A stretch of DNA of 64,000 nucleotides from Tubiluchus corallicola (GCA_030141605.1 JAQGDQ010000442.1:124001-188000), one strand, 5' to 3'. Counted from the stretch's first letter, positions 1-14,100 are shown. The notes: generated from the letters alone by a model not told the origin. Translations and numbers: made by a program.

Positions 1-1153
1 ACCATGCTAAATCTTTTGACATGCATTTCAATCTAAACCATGCTAAATCTTTTGACATGCATTTCAATCTAAACCATGCTAAATTTTTTGACATGCATTT
101 CAATCTAAACCATGCTAAATCTTTTGACATGCCCTTTTAATCTGAACCATGCTAAATCTTTTGACATGCATTTCAATCTAAATCATGCTAAAGCTTTTGA
201 CATGCTGAACCATGCTAAATCTTTTGACATGCATTATAAATAATCTGAACCATGCTAAATCTTTTGACATGCATTTCAATCTAAACCATGCTAAATCTTT
301 TGACATGCATTTCAATCTGAACCATGCTAAATCTTTTGACATGCATTCCAATCTAAACCATGCCAAATCTTTTGACATGCATTTCAATCTGAACCATGCT
401 AAAACTTTTGACATGCATTTCAATCTGAACCATGCTAAATCTTTTGACATGCATTTTAATCTGAACCATGCTAAATCCTTTGACATGCATTTCAATCTAA
501 ACCATGCTAAATCTTTTGACATGCATTTTAATCTGAACCATGCTAAATCTTTTGACATGCATTTCAATCTAAATCATGCTAAAGCTTTTGACATGCTGAA
601 CCATGCTAAATCCTTTGACATGCATTATAATCTGAACCATGCTAAATCTTTTGACATGCATTTCAATCTAAACCATGCTAAATCTTTTGACATGCATTTC
701 AATCTAAACCATGCTAAATCTTTTGACATGCATTTCAATCTAAACCATGCTAAATCTTTTGACATGCATTTCAAAACCATGCTAAATCTTTTGACATGTG
801 TTTCAATCTGAACCATGCTAAATCTTTTGACATGCATTTCAATCTAAACCATGCTAAATCTTTTGACATGCATTTCAATTTAAACCATGCTAAATCTTTT
901 GACATGCATTTCAATCTGAACCATGCTAAATCTTTTGACATGCATTTCAATCTAAACCATGCTAAATCTTTTGACATGCATTTCAAACTAAGCTATGCTA
1001 AATCTTTTGACATGCATTTCAATCTAAACCATGCTAAATCTTTTGATATGCATTTCAATCTAAGCTATGCTAAATCTTTTGACATGCATTTTAATCTGTA
1101 CCATGCTAAATCTTTTGACATGCATTTTAATCTGTACCATGCTAAACCTTTTG
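1..1153. repeat. 36-bp minisatellite (AACCATGCTAAATCTTTTGACATGCATTTCAATCTR), ~32 units, runs off window start
   Basis: Head-to-tail units with no spacers; the 12-aa periodic ORFs in the track reflect the 36-bp period. Confidence 0.97.
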
Positions 1154-1195
1154 AGATTACTGTGCATCTTATTCAGAGACTGTAAGTTTCACTGG

Positions 1196-1573
1196 TGTTG
1201 CGGAGATCGCTGGCATCTATTAGAATTAAAGAGAACATTGTAGAATGTTCCATTAGAATTATCATCTTACCTTGTAGAATGTTCTAGAAAGAAACTTCTG
1301 GAATGTTCCCTGGCACGCTATAAAAGGCGAAGCTGGCCTCTGGCACACACACATATGCACGCAGATTCACACGGACGCACACTTACACATTCTCTTGTAT
1401 ACTTGTATTTTCAGATACACTTAAACGTTTTCCAGATTTTCACATCTACTGTAAACATTTCGCGTTCCTTCATACTTTTGTGTTGTAGAATTCTCGCTTA
1501 ATAAACTAGTTTAATTTGATGACGTGTTTTCTGGTTTTCTCTACGAGCCTTCCGAGAGAAACAAAACACAGCA
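1196..1573 (+). mobile_element. Solo LTR, copy 1
   Basis: TGTTG...CAGCA termini, perfect 5-bp TSD ACTGG (1191-1195/1574-1578), internal TATAAAA (~1319) and AATAAA (~1500); homologous to 51459-51790. Confidence 0.85.
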
Positions 1574-2089
1574 ACTGGTCATCGTGGAATTTGTGTACAA
1601 CAAATCAATAACAATCTTGTTGACAGTACAAAGGTTGTACCAAAGCCATATAAGCATATGCAGAGACGATACTAGTCTTTGAGGCCTGTGTTTGAAGTAA
1701 TGGAGTTTTGCTAAACTGTGTGTGTGAAGACATGTTTTGTTCAGAAGACCCCTGTGCTCAAAGCAGTAGTGAGTAAATATTATAAAAAGATGTTTTAAAA
1801 CTTCTTATAATACTGTATGTAGAAAAAGTTTTGTCACCTTCTCTTTGTTGATCAGATTTTGGCCTTGATAGAAAAATTTTGCAAAACGCAAGTGTGTGTC
1901 ACAATTTCATTATAATTAAACAAAGACAAGCTACTGAAATGCTAATTTCTATAGGCAGTCATTGCATCATTGGTTCACTATTTGATTCCTACTCAATCCA
2001 CTTGATTTCTTTCACCTTTAGTTTTTTCTTGCAAGAAAAAGAATAATATTTTTAAGTAAATTAAGTAAATAATTATAATAATAGTAATA

Positions 2090-2450
2090 CAGTGTTCCCT
2101 CACTTATCGCAGGTGTTCCATTCCAGGCCCACCTGCGATAAATAAATTTCCGCGAAGTAGGGACGCTATGCTTATTTTAGTAGTTATACATTATTTTAAG
2201 TCTTTATAAACCCTCCCCACACTCTTATACATAACCCTTTCCCTTAATAACTTTTCCCATACTGCACATGTACCTTGAAAAAAACTTTATTTAAATGGTT
2301 GCAAAAATGTTTTAAACTCTTAAACCTAGATACGTAATTTTGACGGAGTACCACAAAAACCCGCGATAAATATTTTACATTAATATTTTTGAAAACCCGC
2401 GAAACAGCGAGTCAGCGATAAACGAACCGCAAAGTAGCGAGGGAACACTG
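2090..2450. mobile_element. Tc1/mariner-pogo-type MITE
   Basis: TIRs CAGTGTTCCCTC / GAGGGAACACTG with TA on both sides. Confidence 0.85.
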
Positions 2451-2513
2451 TAATAATAATAATAATAATAATAATAATGATGATGATGATGACCAAGTTT
2501 TTTATTGTTATAG

Positions 2514-5500
2514 GATTGTTGGAAGCGCGAGGAATCAATTCTCCAAGTTTTGATCGTTTAGCTGCTATATCGGAGAAATATGGATTAAACTGCAGTGAAG
2601 AAGAGTTGAAGGGCTACAAAGGTACAGAACATTAAATTTTGGCATTGCATATCTTGAAAGATTTCTACGTAGGAATATGCATTCCCGCATGCTCTATGGT
2701 ACTATAACTTATAAAATTTTAATTGTAACAAGGCCATGCACCATGTGCATTATTGCATGCTCTATGCCACACTTCTCGAATTGAACGAAGAAGAAATGTA
2801 TTATGCAAATGTAGCATGATAATTTAATACCATAGCCCTTCAAAACTGCTATTTTTAGGAAACGAAACATTCGAAATGTAACATGTCACAGGTCGGGTAC
2901 GTATTGTTGCATCGTTGTTTGAAAACCACATTCTGTAATTTTTGTTTACTTGAGTTTTTAATATTATCTTGCCCCATACCTTGCGTGCTGGCTGCAGTCA
3001 CAGTAGAATTATTTGAAAGTTTCTGATAGCAGATTTTAATTATTTTTTTCATTTTGTAGAGTGTGCTGATGGATTGCTTGACTGTTTTCAAATCATAGCT
3101 AATCTGACAGAGCCCATACCTCGAGTGAAGTATCCACGGACACCTGGCTATAGGCCTAAGCCAGAAAATAACCCGTACAATGCCTGGTAAGAGATTTCAA
3201 ATGCTTACTTGGGTTTCAATAACTCTTTTATTGGTAAATTGCCTCCCTGCCTAGAAGAAAAAAAGCTAATATAAATCACTGCTGATATTTGGATACTAGG
3301 TTAAGTGTGACAAATGTGGCTAGTCCAGTGTCTTAAAGGATTATTTTGATTCCGAGATTGGTTCCAGTCCAGCCACACACTTCTGTACAGAGCAGAAACT
3401 TTGCCAAGTGCTGGATCTCGGCTTGTCGAGTGCCAAATTAAATGATAATTATGGCTTCAAGACGTAGTGTTGTGCTAAACTTAAAAATAATTTTTCGTAA
3501 CTTATGTACTATATTTCATATTATGCTTCAAATGATTGATTTGGATAATTTTAGAATAATTGAGGTTTTATTATCTATGAAACTAGACAATTGTAACTTG
3601 TGAACTTAATAAATATGATTTCATATCAGTCAGTAATGCCTTGTTGTTTGTATTCTTTCTGAAATACAATTATACATAAAATCATCTTGAATTTGAAGAT
3701 GTTTTTTTTATTCTGCACTCTCTTAATGCAAGTATGAGAAGTTTATTTTCTACTACAATATGTTCTGTGTTTCAATTCACTTACTTTCAGGGCATGGAAG
3801 TGTGATATTCCGGGAGCATCAACTGGGAAACTTTTAGGGAAGACAGTAGTGATCAAAGACAGTGTTATGGTAGCTGGAGTTCCAATGAGGAATGGCTCTC
3901 AACTGTTAGATGGCTATGTTCCTGATCTTGATGCTACAGTTGTGACAAGGATTTTAGATGCTGGTATCTGAACTCTAATATTTAGAAAGTCTCTTTCGTA
4001 TCTCACTTGTTTTGTGTTGCCTTGATTTTGTGAGCTTGTTGTTAATTTTATAATTGTTGACAATTGTATGTACTGCATGATAGCAATTCATAGAACAAAT
4101 TTTAGTGTTGATATAAGTAATTTTCATCAAGTTAATTATACAGTCAAACCTTTATACTGCCTACTTTGAGATTCCAGAAAAAGTTGGCATTAAGTGAGTT
4201 AAGCATTATAACGAGGTGCAATAATACAAACATGTCCTTGTCACCATAGGCATTTTGTTTTGCCAAAAATTTGGGCATTAAGCAAGGTTGGCAATATAAC
4301 AAAGGGGCATTATAATGAGGTGCATTAATACATACTTGGCTATGTCTATATAGGCATTTCATTTTGCCAAAAATGTGGGCATTAAGCGAGGTTGGCAATA
4401 TAACAAAAGTGGCGTTATAATGAGGTGCATTAATACATACTTGTCTATGTCAATATAGACATTTTGTTTTGCCAAAAATGTGGGCATTAAGCGAGGTTGT
4501 CAATACAATAAAGGGGGCACATTATAATGAGGTGCATTAATACGTACTTGTCTATGTCAATATAGGCATTTTGTTTTGCCAAAAATGTGGGCATTAAGCG
4601 AGGTTGGCATTATAATAAAGGGGGCATTATTAGGAGGTTTTTGACTGTACTGATAAATATATTCATGTATACACTTAAATTTGAAAATTTATTGGCTACA
4701 ATGAACTCGAATCTTAAAGCTTCAGTGTGCTAGATCAATAACTGACTGAACTATCTTTACAGATCAATAACTGAGTGAACTATCTTTATAGATGAATAAT
4801 TGAGTGAAATATCGTTATAGATCAATAACTGACTGAACTGTCTTTATAGATCAATAACTGACAGAACTATCTTTATAGATCAATAACTGAGTGAACTATC
4901 TTTATAGATCAATGACTGACTGAACTATCTTTATAGATCAATAACTGACTGAACTGTCTTTATAGATCAATAACTGACTGAACTATCTTTATAGATCAAT
5001 AACTGACTGAACTATCTTTATAGATCAATAACTGACTGAACTATCTTTATAGATCAATAACTGACTGAACTATCTTTATAGATCAATAACTGACTGAACT
5101 ATCTTTATAGATCAATAACTGACTGAACTATCTTTATAGATCAATAACTGACTGAACTGTCTTTATAGATCAATAACTGACTGAACCATCTTTATAGATC
5201 AATAACTGACTGAACTATCTTTATAGATCAATAACTGACTGAACTATCTTTATAGTGTGTACCATGATTTCTGTGAGTTCTATGGCATTTTAAAAAATGT
5301 ATTTATTCTAGAAATATTTTTAGTTTCATTGTCTTTTCTTTGCTGCAAACAATAGCGAATAAAAAATTCCTTATGGTATGTCACAGCCAATTCACTTTTT
5401 GCTCACGTGGCATCTTATTGCTCAAAATAATTTTATAGTTTTTGTAGATGTTTTTACAAGTGAATGATACAGTGAAGCAGTCACCGTCGGTGCATGCTGA

Positions 5501-8500
5501 GCGACCAAATTTAATCAACACTGAGGCTAGTGATTGAACAGATGGATGACCCCTTGGGTTAATACTTGTTTTGAGGGTGTCACTTACCATACCAATTCTG
5601 GCTCTTTACCTTATTGAAAAAATATATGTTCACATACAAACCTTGGTGAGACCTCTGGTGGTTAAGTGGCTAATCTTGAATTGTTTTCCTTGATGATAAA
5701 CTTGATACCAGTCCTGCCACAACCATCCATATTAAATAGCCCATGCAAATGGCTGGATTTCAGTGTGCTGAATTATGTAATAAAATCTAGCTTTTTCGCT
5801 TCAGGAGGACGAATTGTAGGGAAGTCATCATGTGAGAATCTATGCCTCAGTGGAAGCAGCGTTACCTCTTGTACAGGACCTGTGAGGAATCCTTATAATG
5901 AGAAACATGTAGCAGGAGGATCAAGCTCTGGATCTGCTGCGCTCGTATGTATGTTAATTAATAAATTGCTGCTTCACTGATTTCACAGAATGGCGTTTTA
6001 GTAAAGCAAATTTACAGAATAACAGCATATGTGCTGTTTATTTCTAATCAAGGTAGCGTGTGTGTGTTGTAGTACATGTTTGTTCTGTGAATATGGGTGA
6101 AGACCTCAAAAGCTAGGCTCCTCTCTTCTCGCCACAGCATTCATTACTTTTGAATATTGTGGATTAAGATTTTTTACATTTTGAAAATAAGTGATGTGTT
6201 GTGAAAATTAAACTGTCTAATCTAATCTAATCTGGTAATTACCCTGTTTTGTATCTTTATTCTTACATATTATAATGTTTTCTTATTCATATTGCAATTC
6301 TTTTTTTCCGTTTTTTATTATTAAATGAAACTTTATAGCAGTGTCATATGCTTGTTCAAAATTGTTTTTTGAACTGTTAATTGGTTGCTTTGTTTGCAGC
6401 TTTATGGAGGTGAGGTAGACTTGGCCATTGGCACTGACCAGGGCGGTTCAATTCGTTGTCCAGCATGCTGTAGTGGCTGTATAGGACTGAAGCCTACATT
6501 TGGACTTGTGCCATATACTGGTGCAGCTAGTATATTATATGACTTGGACTATGTTGGACCAATGGCACAGAGTGTCCAGGACTGTGCTTTGTTGTTGGAA
6601 GTGATAGCGGGGTATGATCCACTTGATGGTAGAATGCGCAAAGGTGTGAAAGTCCCAAGCTATACTGAGCAAGTAAGTTGCAAATACATTTTTCTGGTAA
6701 ATATTCGGGTAAATATTCATTGGTTTGGAAATTTAGAAGTTTGCACAAATAATACCATAATATGATAATTGAAATGCCCTATTCATGGGCTGCAGGGCAG
6801 CTGCTTTGAATGATAGTTTTTCGTAGTTACATTTAACATTGAAAAAGATCAAGCCTTTCCTTTTGTTTTTCTACTATATATACAGGCTTTTCATTTCAAA
6901 TAGAAAATTAGTGGCAATACAAATGAAAGAAGTATGTGTACACTAAACTTAGCTGTAGAGTAATGCAAAACTTCCTAATAAATATATGCAATTTTAACAT
7001 GCTGTAAAATTATTTATTTGAATAGTTTCCTTAACAATTTTAGCTTACAGGTGGTATAGGGAAATTATTAAAAGGCGTAAAGATTGGAATCGTGGATGAA
7101 GGCTTCATAAACGCCAATAAAGAAGTTGAACAAGTAGTGGTTCATGCTGTCATGGCAACAAAAATTGGTGGCGCCACTGTTGATAGGATTTCTGTCCCTC
7201 AACATGCTGATGGTAATCAGAATGCATTAGTAATTATTTTTGTATAATGTTCAACTCACCCTGAGCTGAAATCCGTACTTAATAACTGGACCTGATGTAG
7301 GTGGGTTGTGGTAGGTCCTGAACGTAGCTCATTATGAAGAATCCAAATGTGAAATAGTGCAGTTTGAATGTACATGTCTTTTTTCTTAATGAGAGAAATA
7401 ACCAGAGGCTGTATGCCATGTATAGGTCAAATTTAATCACCTAGAACCATCTGTTTACTAGTATCCAGGCTAAACACAGTGTAACCATAGTGACCAAGCA
7501 TGCACCCAGACATTTACCTGTTCCCTAGCCCCAACTGTATACAGTTTACACTTTATATGCATTTATTATTCTGATGTCAAAATAACGATAGATTTGTTTT
7601 GCAAATTACAAGCAACAGGTGATGCACAATACACACAAAATGTGCAACAGATTTGAAAAAAATCAAAGATGTGAAATCCTTTCTCAAGTTTGTACTGCGT
7701 CCAATTGATGTGCGCAACTACGGTGCTGAATATTGACTGCTCACATGGCCAATTCAGAAACCTTCAGAGACGTGCTGCGCTTTGCATACTGTCACATGGT
7801 ACGTGCTCAAGACATGTTCTACTCAAAGGGAAATTTTTATATGTATTTACTGCTGTCAACTTAGTAGTGATATGTAGGGTCTGCTTGCCGTAGTCTCATT
7901 CTGTACTTATCTTTTCTTTTTAGCTGCTGAACTTTGTGTGTCTTTACTACAGCATGGCGAAGGTGAAGCAATGTTCAGGTTACAAGGTACAAATTTGTAT
8001 TTTTTAATTTATACCTATTTCTCTCACCACTTCAGAGGAACTATATAAATAAACACTCTAGTTAACAGACTCTTGATTCAAATGCAAAAAATTTCTCTTT
8101 TCAGCAACTAGTGTTGGATTTAGGTCGTATAACGCCTCTTCACTGGACGGTGCTTTTCACAAAGGATTTAAAACAAATGCCGGATACTTGTCCCATACTG
8201 CCAAGTTTCCACTGTTAGCATCAGCGTATGTGCGTGAAGAGTTTGGACTTCACTTCTACTGCAAGGGAAAGAACATTATGAATGAAATAACAAAGAAGTA
8301 CGATGAAGTGCTGGAGAAGTATGATGTCATCGTCATGCCAACGGTTAATCACTTGCCGCCGAAGATACCAACTGAAGATGTTTCTATCACAGGTACCATT
8401 TACATTGTTGCCTTGTCAGTTTATGATTTCTGCTTGTTGTCTGTATATAAAACAACAAGTGTATAATGTTAGGGATCAGTGGCAGCTCGTAGCTAAAATT

Positions 8501-10399
8501 ACTGGGGTGCTGATTAAGAAAATTTTTAGCCATTGTTTAAATACTGTGTAAAACAGATCAAACATATGTAATTTTAATGTTGTAATTTGTAATTGTAATT
8601 TTAAATAAACAAACATACAAAAGCTTATACGTAAACTGTACTAATAACCTAAATTGTCGCAGTCCGAGCTTGATCTATTCACGGTAAGCATGTGATAACT
8701 GACAAGAAACTGTGTGAGCGACAGTACTTTCTCTACCTGAGCTCAACACCACGTTGCTGGAGCGCACTGTGCTGGGCTGTGAAGCAAACAGTACTAACCT
8801 CACGTGCTTTGGTTCCATACAAGTATAAAGAAAGAACTAAAGAAAAAAGACTTATATTGAATATTATCGAGAATATGGAGTGAAAATAGATGGTATTGCA
8901 GTTCCACAGTACTTATACACTAGTCACCACTGTTAGGGATGTTAAATGATACAAATCTGGCTAAATAATAATGGTACAATACTTTTTCCTAACAATATGA
9001 TATTGATAATCTGGTTTTTAAGCTACACAGTACAACACAATAAATTATTTCGAACAATAAATGCAATATTGAACATGTAGTTAGTTACTATGCAAGGTGC
9101 CTCAGGATAACGCAACGTGTTCTTGTAGATTATTTCTGGATGAAACGTATAAATGACAAAATTTTCTTCTTTCTTTAGTAATATGTGACCTGCGACAGAT
9201 AAATATATCACGCATATAGATTTATTACTACGTGTGTTTATATGTATGCTGCATTGCCTGTGCAAAACTAGGAGAGTACCTCTAAAAATACCACACTTGG
9301 CATCCGTGTGCTATTATACTGACTGAAGACAGCCGCTATTGCTGGAAGAAAATACAAAATTTTTCAAACAACCTTACAAATAAATGACTTTAAATTTTTT
9401 TGCTTAATTCCAATGCATAAAGTGAATGGATTTATAAATAAGCACCAAATTCGATACGGCAGTGATATACCTTGAATAACATGAATACGATAATTACAGT
9501 AATAATTACTGACACAATAATTATCAAAATGTATCATTATTGTTAACATCTTTATATTTAGTTTCAAAAACTAAATCAGTGCACAGTGAAATGTCTGTAT
9601 ACAGTAAAGATGAATTATTAATCTTTAACAGAGAACGTTACAATAAATGTCAATGTCAGAAATATGTTAGAAAATTGTGCTTTCCAATTGTACAGTGAAT
9701 GGCAAGTAAAACAACATAATTAACCCTTTCAGTCCCAAATTATTTTTTTAATAAGAAAAATTTTTTTGGCTTGGTACTTTTGTTCCCAATGTATTCTGTG
9801 GGATACACAACATTCGTCACATGCAAAAAAACAAAGTCCGACTTTTTAAAAACATAGCAAAAGCAAAAAATGTGCTTCATTTTGCGACTGCTGATAATTT
9901 TTTAAGTATTTAAGACATTTAGTATGCATGCTATGCTGATCTGTACAAAGTCATCTCTAAAGTACTGTACCTTGCACAATTTTTATGCTACGTAGATTTT
10001 TTAGTTTGCCATTTTATCACTATTTTTAGTCTATTGTTATTGGCTTAAAAAAAAACTATTAACAGATCAAATAACTGTCAATTTTAAAATTTTATTAATT
10101 TTAAAGGCAGAAAATATTCTTGTATCCCATGGGATACAACGGGTATGAAAGGGTTAAGTTTCTTTTAATTTTCAGAGTATGTAAGAATCACGACAGCAGG
10201 GCTTAAAAACACAACACCATTTAACTTTACTGGACATCCAGCTCTCTCCATCAATGCTGGCTTCTCAAAAGAAGATCATCTCCCCATTGGTGTCATGATA
10301 ACTGGAAAACACTTTGACGAAGCCACCATTTTCAAAATCGCACGCGGATTTGAGACAATCAGAGATGACACCATTTTGAGAAAGTCATGGCTTTGCTGA
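2514..10399 (+). CDS. Amidase-signature family amidase (Rhodococcus AmdA/urethanase-like), 5' exon(s) not identified
   Basis: Nine phase-consistent GT-AG exons: 2514-2621, 3060-3186, 3791-3963, 5805-5944, 6400-6672, 7044-7212, 7924-7986, 8105-8392, 10176-10399 (~521 aa). Motifs [20 protein letters not shown] (catalytic Lys), [18 protein letters not shown] (nucleophile Ser), [28 protein letters not shown]. The first visible exon starts in phase 1, so the ATG lies upstream. Confidence 0.93.
4141..4647. mobile_element. TA-flanked MITE built from ~90-bp internal tandem repeats
   Basis: TIRs CAGTCAAACCT / AGGTTTTTGACTG, TA flanks; internal units containing TTTTGCCAAAAATGTGGGCATTAAGCGAGGTTGGC repeated ~4-5 times. 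Confidence 0.75.
4731..5255. repeat. 29-bp minisatellite (TAGATCAATAACTGACTGAACTATCTTTA), ~18 units
   Basis: Tandem units in an amidase intron. Confidence 0.95.
8477..8932. mobile_element. hAT-type MITE
   Basis: CAGTGG...CCACTG termini, perfect 8-bp TSD TTAGGGAT (8469-8476/8933-8940). Confidence 0.8.
9724..10153. mobile_element. piggyBac-type MITE
   Basis: TTAA TSD both sides; TIRs CCCTTTCAGTCCC / GGGTATGAAAGGG. Confidence 0.85.
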
Positions 10400-11178
10400 T
10401 AATTGTTTGTAATTGTGTTTATTAAATATTAATACCTAGACATTTAACTAAAAACTAGAATTGTGAAGATGAATTTTTGTTTTCTTGTACTGAATTTTAT
10501 CTTTCCCATGTTAACATTTAACATTGTTTACTTTTTTATGAAAACGCTCAAATCAAATGTTTTATTTAAATGTTATGTTTTATTTAATTAAAATAGTGCA
10601 ACATTTTAATAAAGAAACTTAGAAAGCATAAAAATAAATTGCTTAAATATGAAAATATTCAACGATGAATTTTTAACAATGCCGCACATTACAACAGCAG
10701 CAACGATATTACTCTATGAAACCAAATTGTAGACTAACTTCAAGTCTGTTTCAAAGTTTACTCAACATCTTGTAGTCAAAGGCTAATAAACTTGTTACTA
10801 GTGCACTTTAACAACAACCTAAGCAAAGGCAAACTTATAATTTGCAAAAAGCGTGTAATTACATTGGTAGGTACAAGATTTAATTATCAGTCACTATCCA
10901 TCAATCTAAAAATACTTACTAAAAGGAAAAGATTTAAAGAAATAAATGTCACCGGTTTAATGAACTAAGCGATACAAAAAAAATGAACTCCCACTTTCAT
11001 GTTAATAATTGCATTTCAAAATACGACCCCATGTAACAACAATTTACTGACCAAATTTTGAAATGATTAGATAATGCAAGTTTTAAAATAAATCAACCAC
11101 TTCGGTAACGTATAACAAACGTTTTGTTGTGTACCTGCCCTGATTCTATCGCGCTCTTAGTATTTACTGCTTAACTAC

Positions 11179-14100
11179 TTATTGGGTCTTTTTCATAGAT
11201 GCACTTTTCCCTTTGTACAGTTCATTTTTGAATTTGGCAAGATCGTTCCACAGGTTTCGATTGAGAACTTTTGAGACGCACAGCACGGCTCCGGAAAGAG
11301 CTCCTGCAAACCCACAGCTGGTAATATCTTGGCCTGAAATGCATCACAACTTATAGTTACTTACTGCAAAGGAATTTTTCGAATAACTGGATAAATTTAA
11401 TCTAATATGCAAAAGTTGTAATAACCCCCTCATTATGGAGCTATTTTAACACGCGGAAAGTAACAATATTCAAGTGGAAAGTAACTACAGTGAAAAACCA
11501 CTAAACCACAATGATTTCCTTCTTTAAAATTGTATGCTATTTCAGATGCTATTTATATGCTAAGATTATTATAAAAGCATGAATGGATATTAAGATTTTT
11601 CCATTAGCATGAGCTATAATGGTGCAAATGCTGCACCTCACGTGTACAACGTAACGTAACAATGCTCAGCTCTGCTAATTTTAGGTCGAAATCATTGCAA
11701 CATGGAATTTTAAAATGAATTTAGCAGAGTAACCTAAATCTCAATTATATCGAAGCAGCTGAAAGTTACCTAAACTGTTTAATAGCATTATAACAATTTA
11801 CTGCTTTAGCTCTTGTAGTACGTTAAAGAAAAGGTTATATCTCCTTTCTATGAAGCAACTTCGCTCCCAGGGCCTGGCAAGTAAGATGACAATATACAAA
11901 CTCAAAGATGTACATTAAGTTAGCTTACATGCACACGTGTTGTGCCAAACATTAGCGGGCAAATAGGTGCCTAATGTTTTAGCATCAGTCACAGCATCCC
12001 ACCTTTCCATAACGGACAAGGTAAGAAGTTTTCTGAAACAGTTTGAGAATCCCTACTTAGCAAGTTGATTTTTAAAAGTTTTTTTCGAGATATCGCAGCT
12101 GCCGCTACTTACCAGTCAAAAGCAGACCCGGTATGTCTGTATCTGGCCTCAAGTTGATAAGGACGTCGGGATCAGAAAATCGGGCAAGATCGTGATCAGC
12201 ACCATAGATTTCTCCTTTCATAGATCCCAAATAATAATTATTACTCAGAGGTGAACCAATGTCAAAGTACTCAACCTATATAAAATACTGTATATAAAGT
12301 ACTGCCAAAATTCATGAAAGCATAGTGAAAGAAAGCATGGTAAGACATGTACGTGCATACGTGTATGTGCAAAAATATATAGACAAGTGAATATGGCAAT
12401 GATGAATAATTTTTCATCAAAATTATTGTGCATTGTAATTTGAAAGCCTAGTGAATGTGCTATTGCAACTGTATATGCTAGCTGTATTGCAACTGTAAGA
12501 TGTAGTGTGGAAATGAATAAACTCTTGAAATGCATGAAAAAAAAGAAATTGCAAGAAAAGAAAGTATAAAAAATAAAAACCAAATTTTCAGTTTTATATC
12601 TACACCTTTTCCTAAAATATTTTTATTTTTTGCTTCATGTAATCGGGCATAATATTGAATGTGTGTATTCATATTGGTAAGGAAATTACTGAGAATGTTT
12701 TGAGGAACTTTTGTGATCGGACTGAGAAAGATGATAACATTTTTAGAAAGAATAAAAGTGTTCACTACATTGAGAAATCTCTTGTACCAATTCTGCTAAA
12801 TGGTTGCCCATCTGCATTTACCTTAAGGACTATACCCTAGCGAAATTGAACACAAATAAATTCTTTGATGAAAGCGTAAAGGTTCAGGTAGTTTCAGGTT
12901 CGGTAAATGTGAGTTTAGGGAAATATTATGTTATGGTATTTACACACTTATAGTAGATTACCCATTGATAATGATAATTATCAGAAACTTAGGCAAAATA
13001 AAGATCTAGGCAAAATGCAACTTTATTGCACCAGTAGCATATGAATTAATGTCATGTACACTCCAAGCATGACAGAATGTCGCCCGTAGCTGGCACAAAC
13101 TTTGGAACATAATAATAATAATAATAATAATATTTATCTTGTAACACACGCACAGTTATAATACAATTAATTTGGAAACAAAAATGTGAAGAAAGGGCAG
13201 CGAAAGACCAATTGGTCATCTAGTCAGCTGCCCTTTGGTTAGTGGTGAACATTTTTATAAGCGCTATGCTACAGTGTATTAGTGTTAGTACTGCTTATAA
13301 TAAAAATTTAATTGTTACGAATGAGATTAAATTGATAGGCTTATAATGTGTTAGCACAATTCATACACAGTAATAATAAGTGCATAATACAAAAAATCAA
13401 ACTGAAAATAACTGAAATAAACCTGAACTGAAATAAGAACCTGACAACAGAAACATAATAACAATGGCAACTGAAATATACTTTATAACACAAGCATAAG
13501 TAAAGTAGACACACAGCCAACAAGGCCTTACTTCTATATGATAAGTCAATTAATGCTACCTTTTCTAAGGACTAAGAAAATTAAAACTGAAAAGTAGATA
13601 AGGTGCATTTATTGGTCAAGAGGTACTTAAATAACCACGCTAACTGTCAATAAAAAAAAGCATTTCAGACCTTGTCTTCTAGTTGCGGAAAAATTTTCAG
13701 TGTCTGTTCCCACATGTGGTGGCCTATTGCTTTCTTTATAGCATCATAATCATCACCTCGCTTCATCACACGATTGTCTTTCCACTGATAGAACCAGTTC
13801 CAGTTACCAAGAGTCACTACTGTGCACACTGACTTGCCTAAAAAGTCAAGTAATTAAAGATAAAATAACAATATTTTCAGAAGTTTTCTCATTTAAAAAC
13901 ACTAGTCATGCCTTAACATTGTTACTAATTTCATTACATTATGGAATTGTTCGTAAAGTACAAGAAAACACTCTTCATAAATAAATCCTAAAAAATTCGT
14001 CTTGAAATTTCATATCACCTACGTGCTGTCTTATTGCATAGGAGGCTTGCATTAGCAGCAACACTGTATAAAACTTGTAATTTAAACACTGGTGACGACC

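Noticed and set aside
1-1185. 36-bp repeats as a CRISPR array or repeat-protein ORFs
   Set aside because: No unique spacers, no cas genes, eukaryotic context; ORFs on both strands arise from a stop-free unit divisible by 3.
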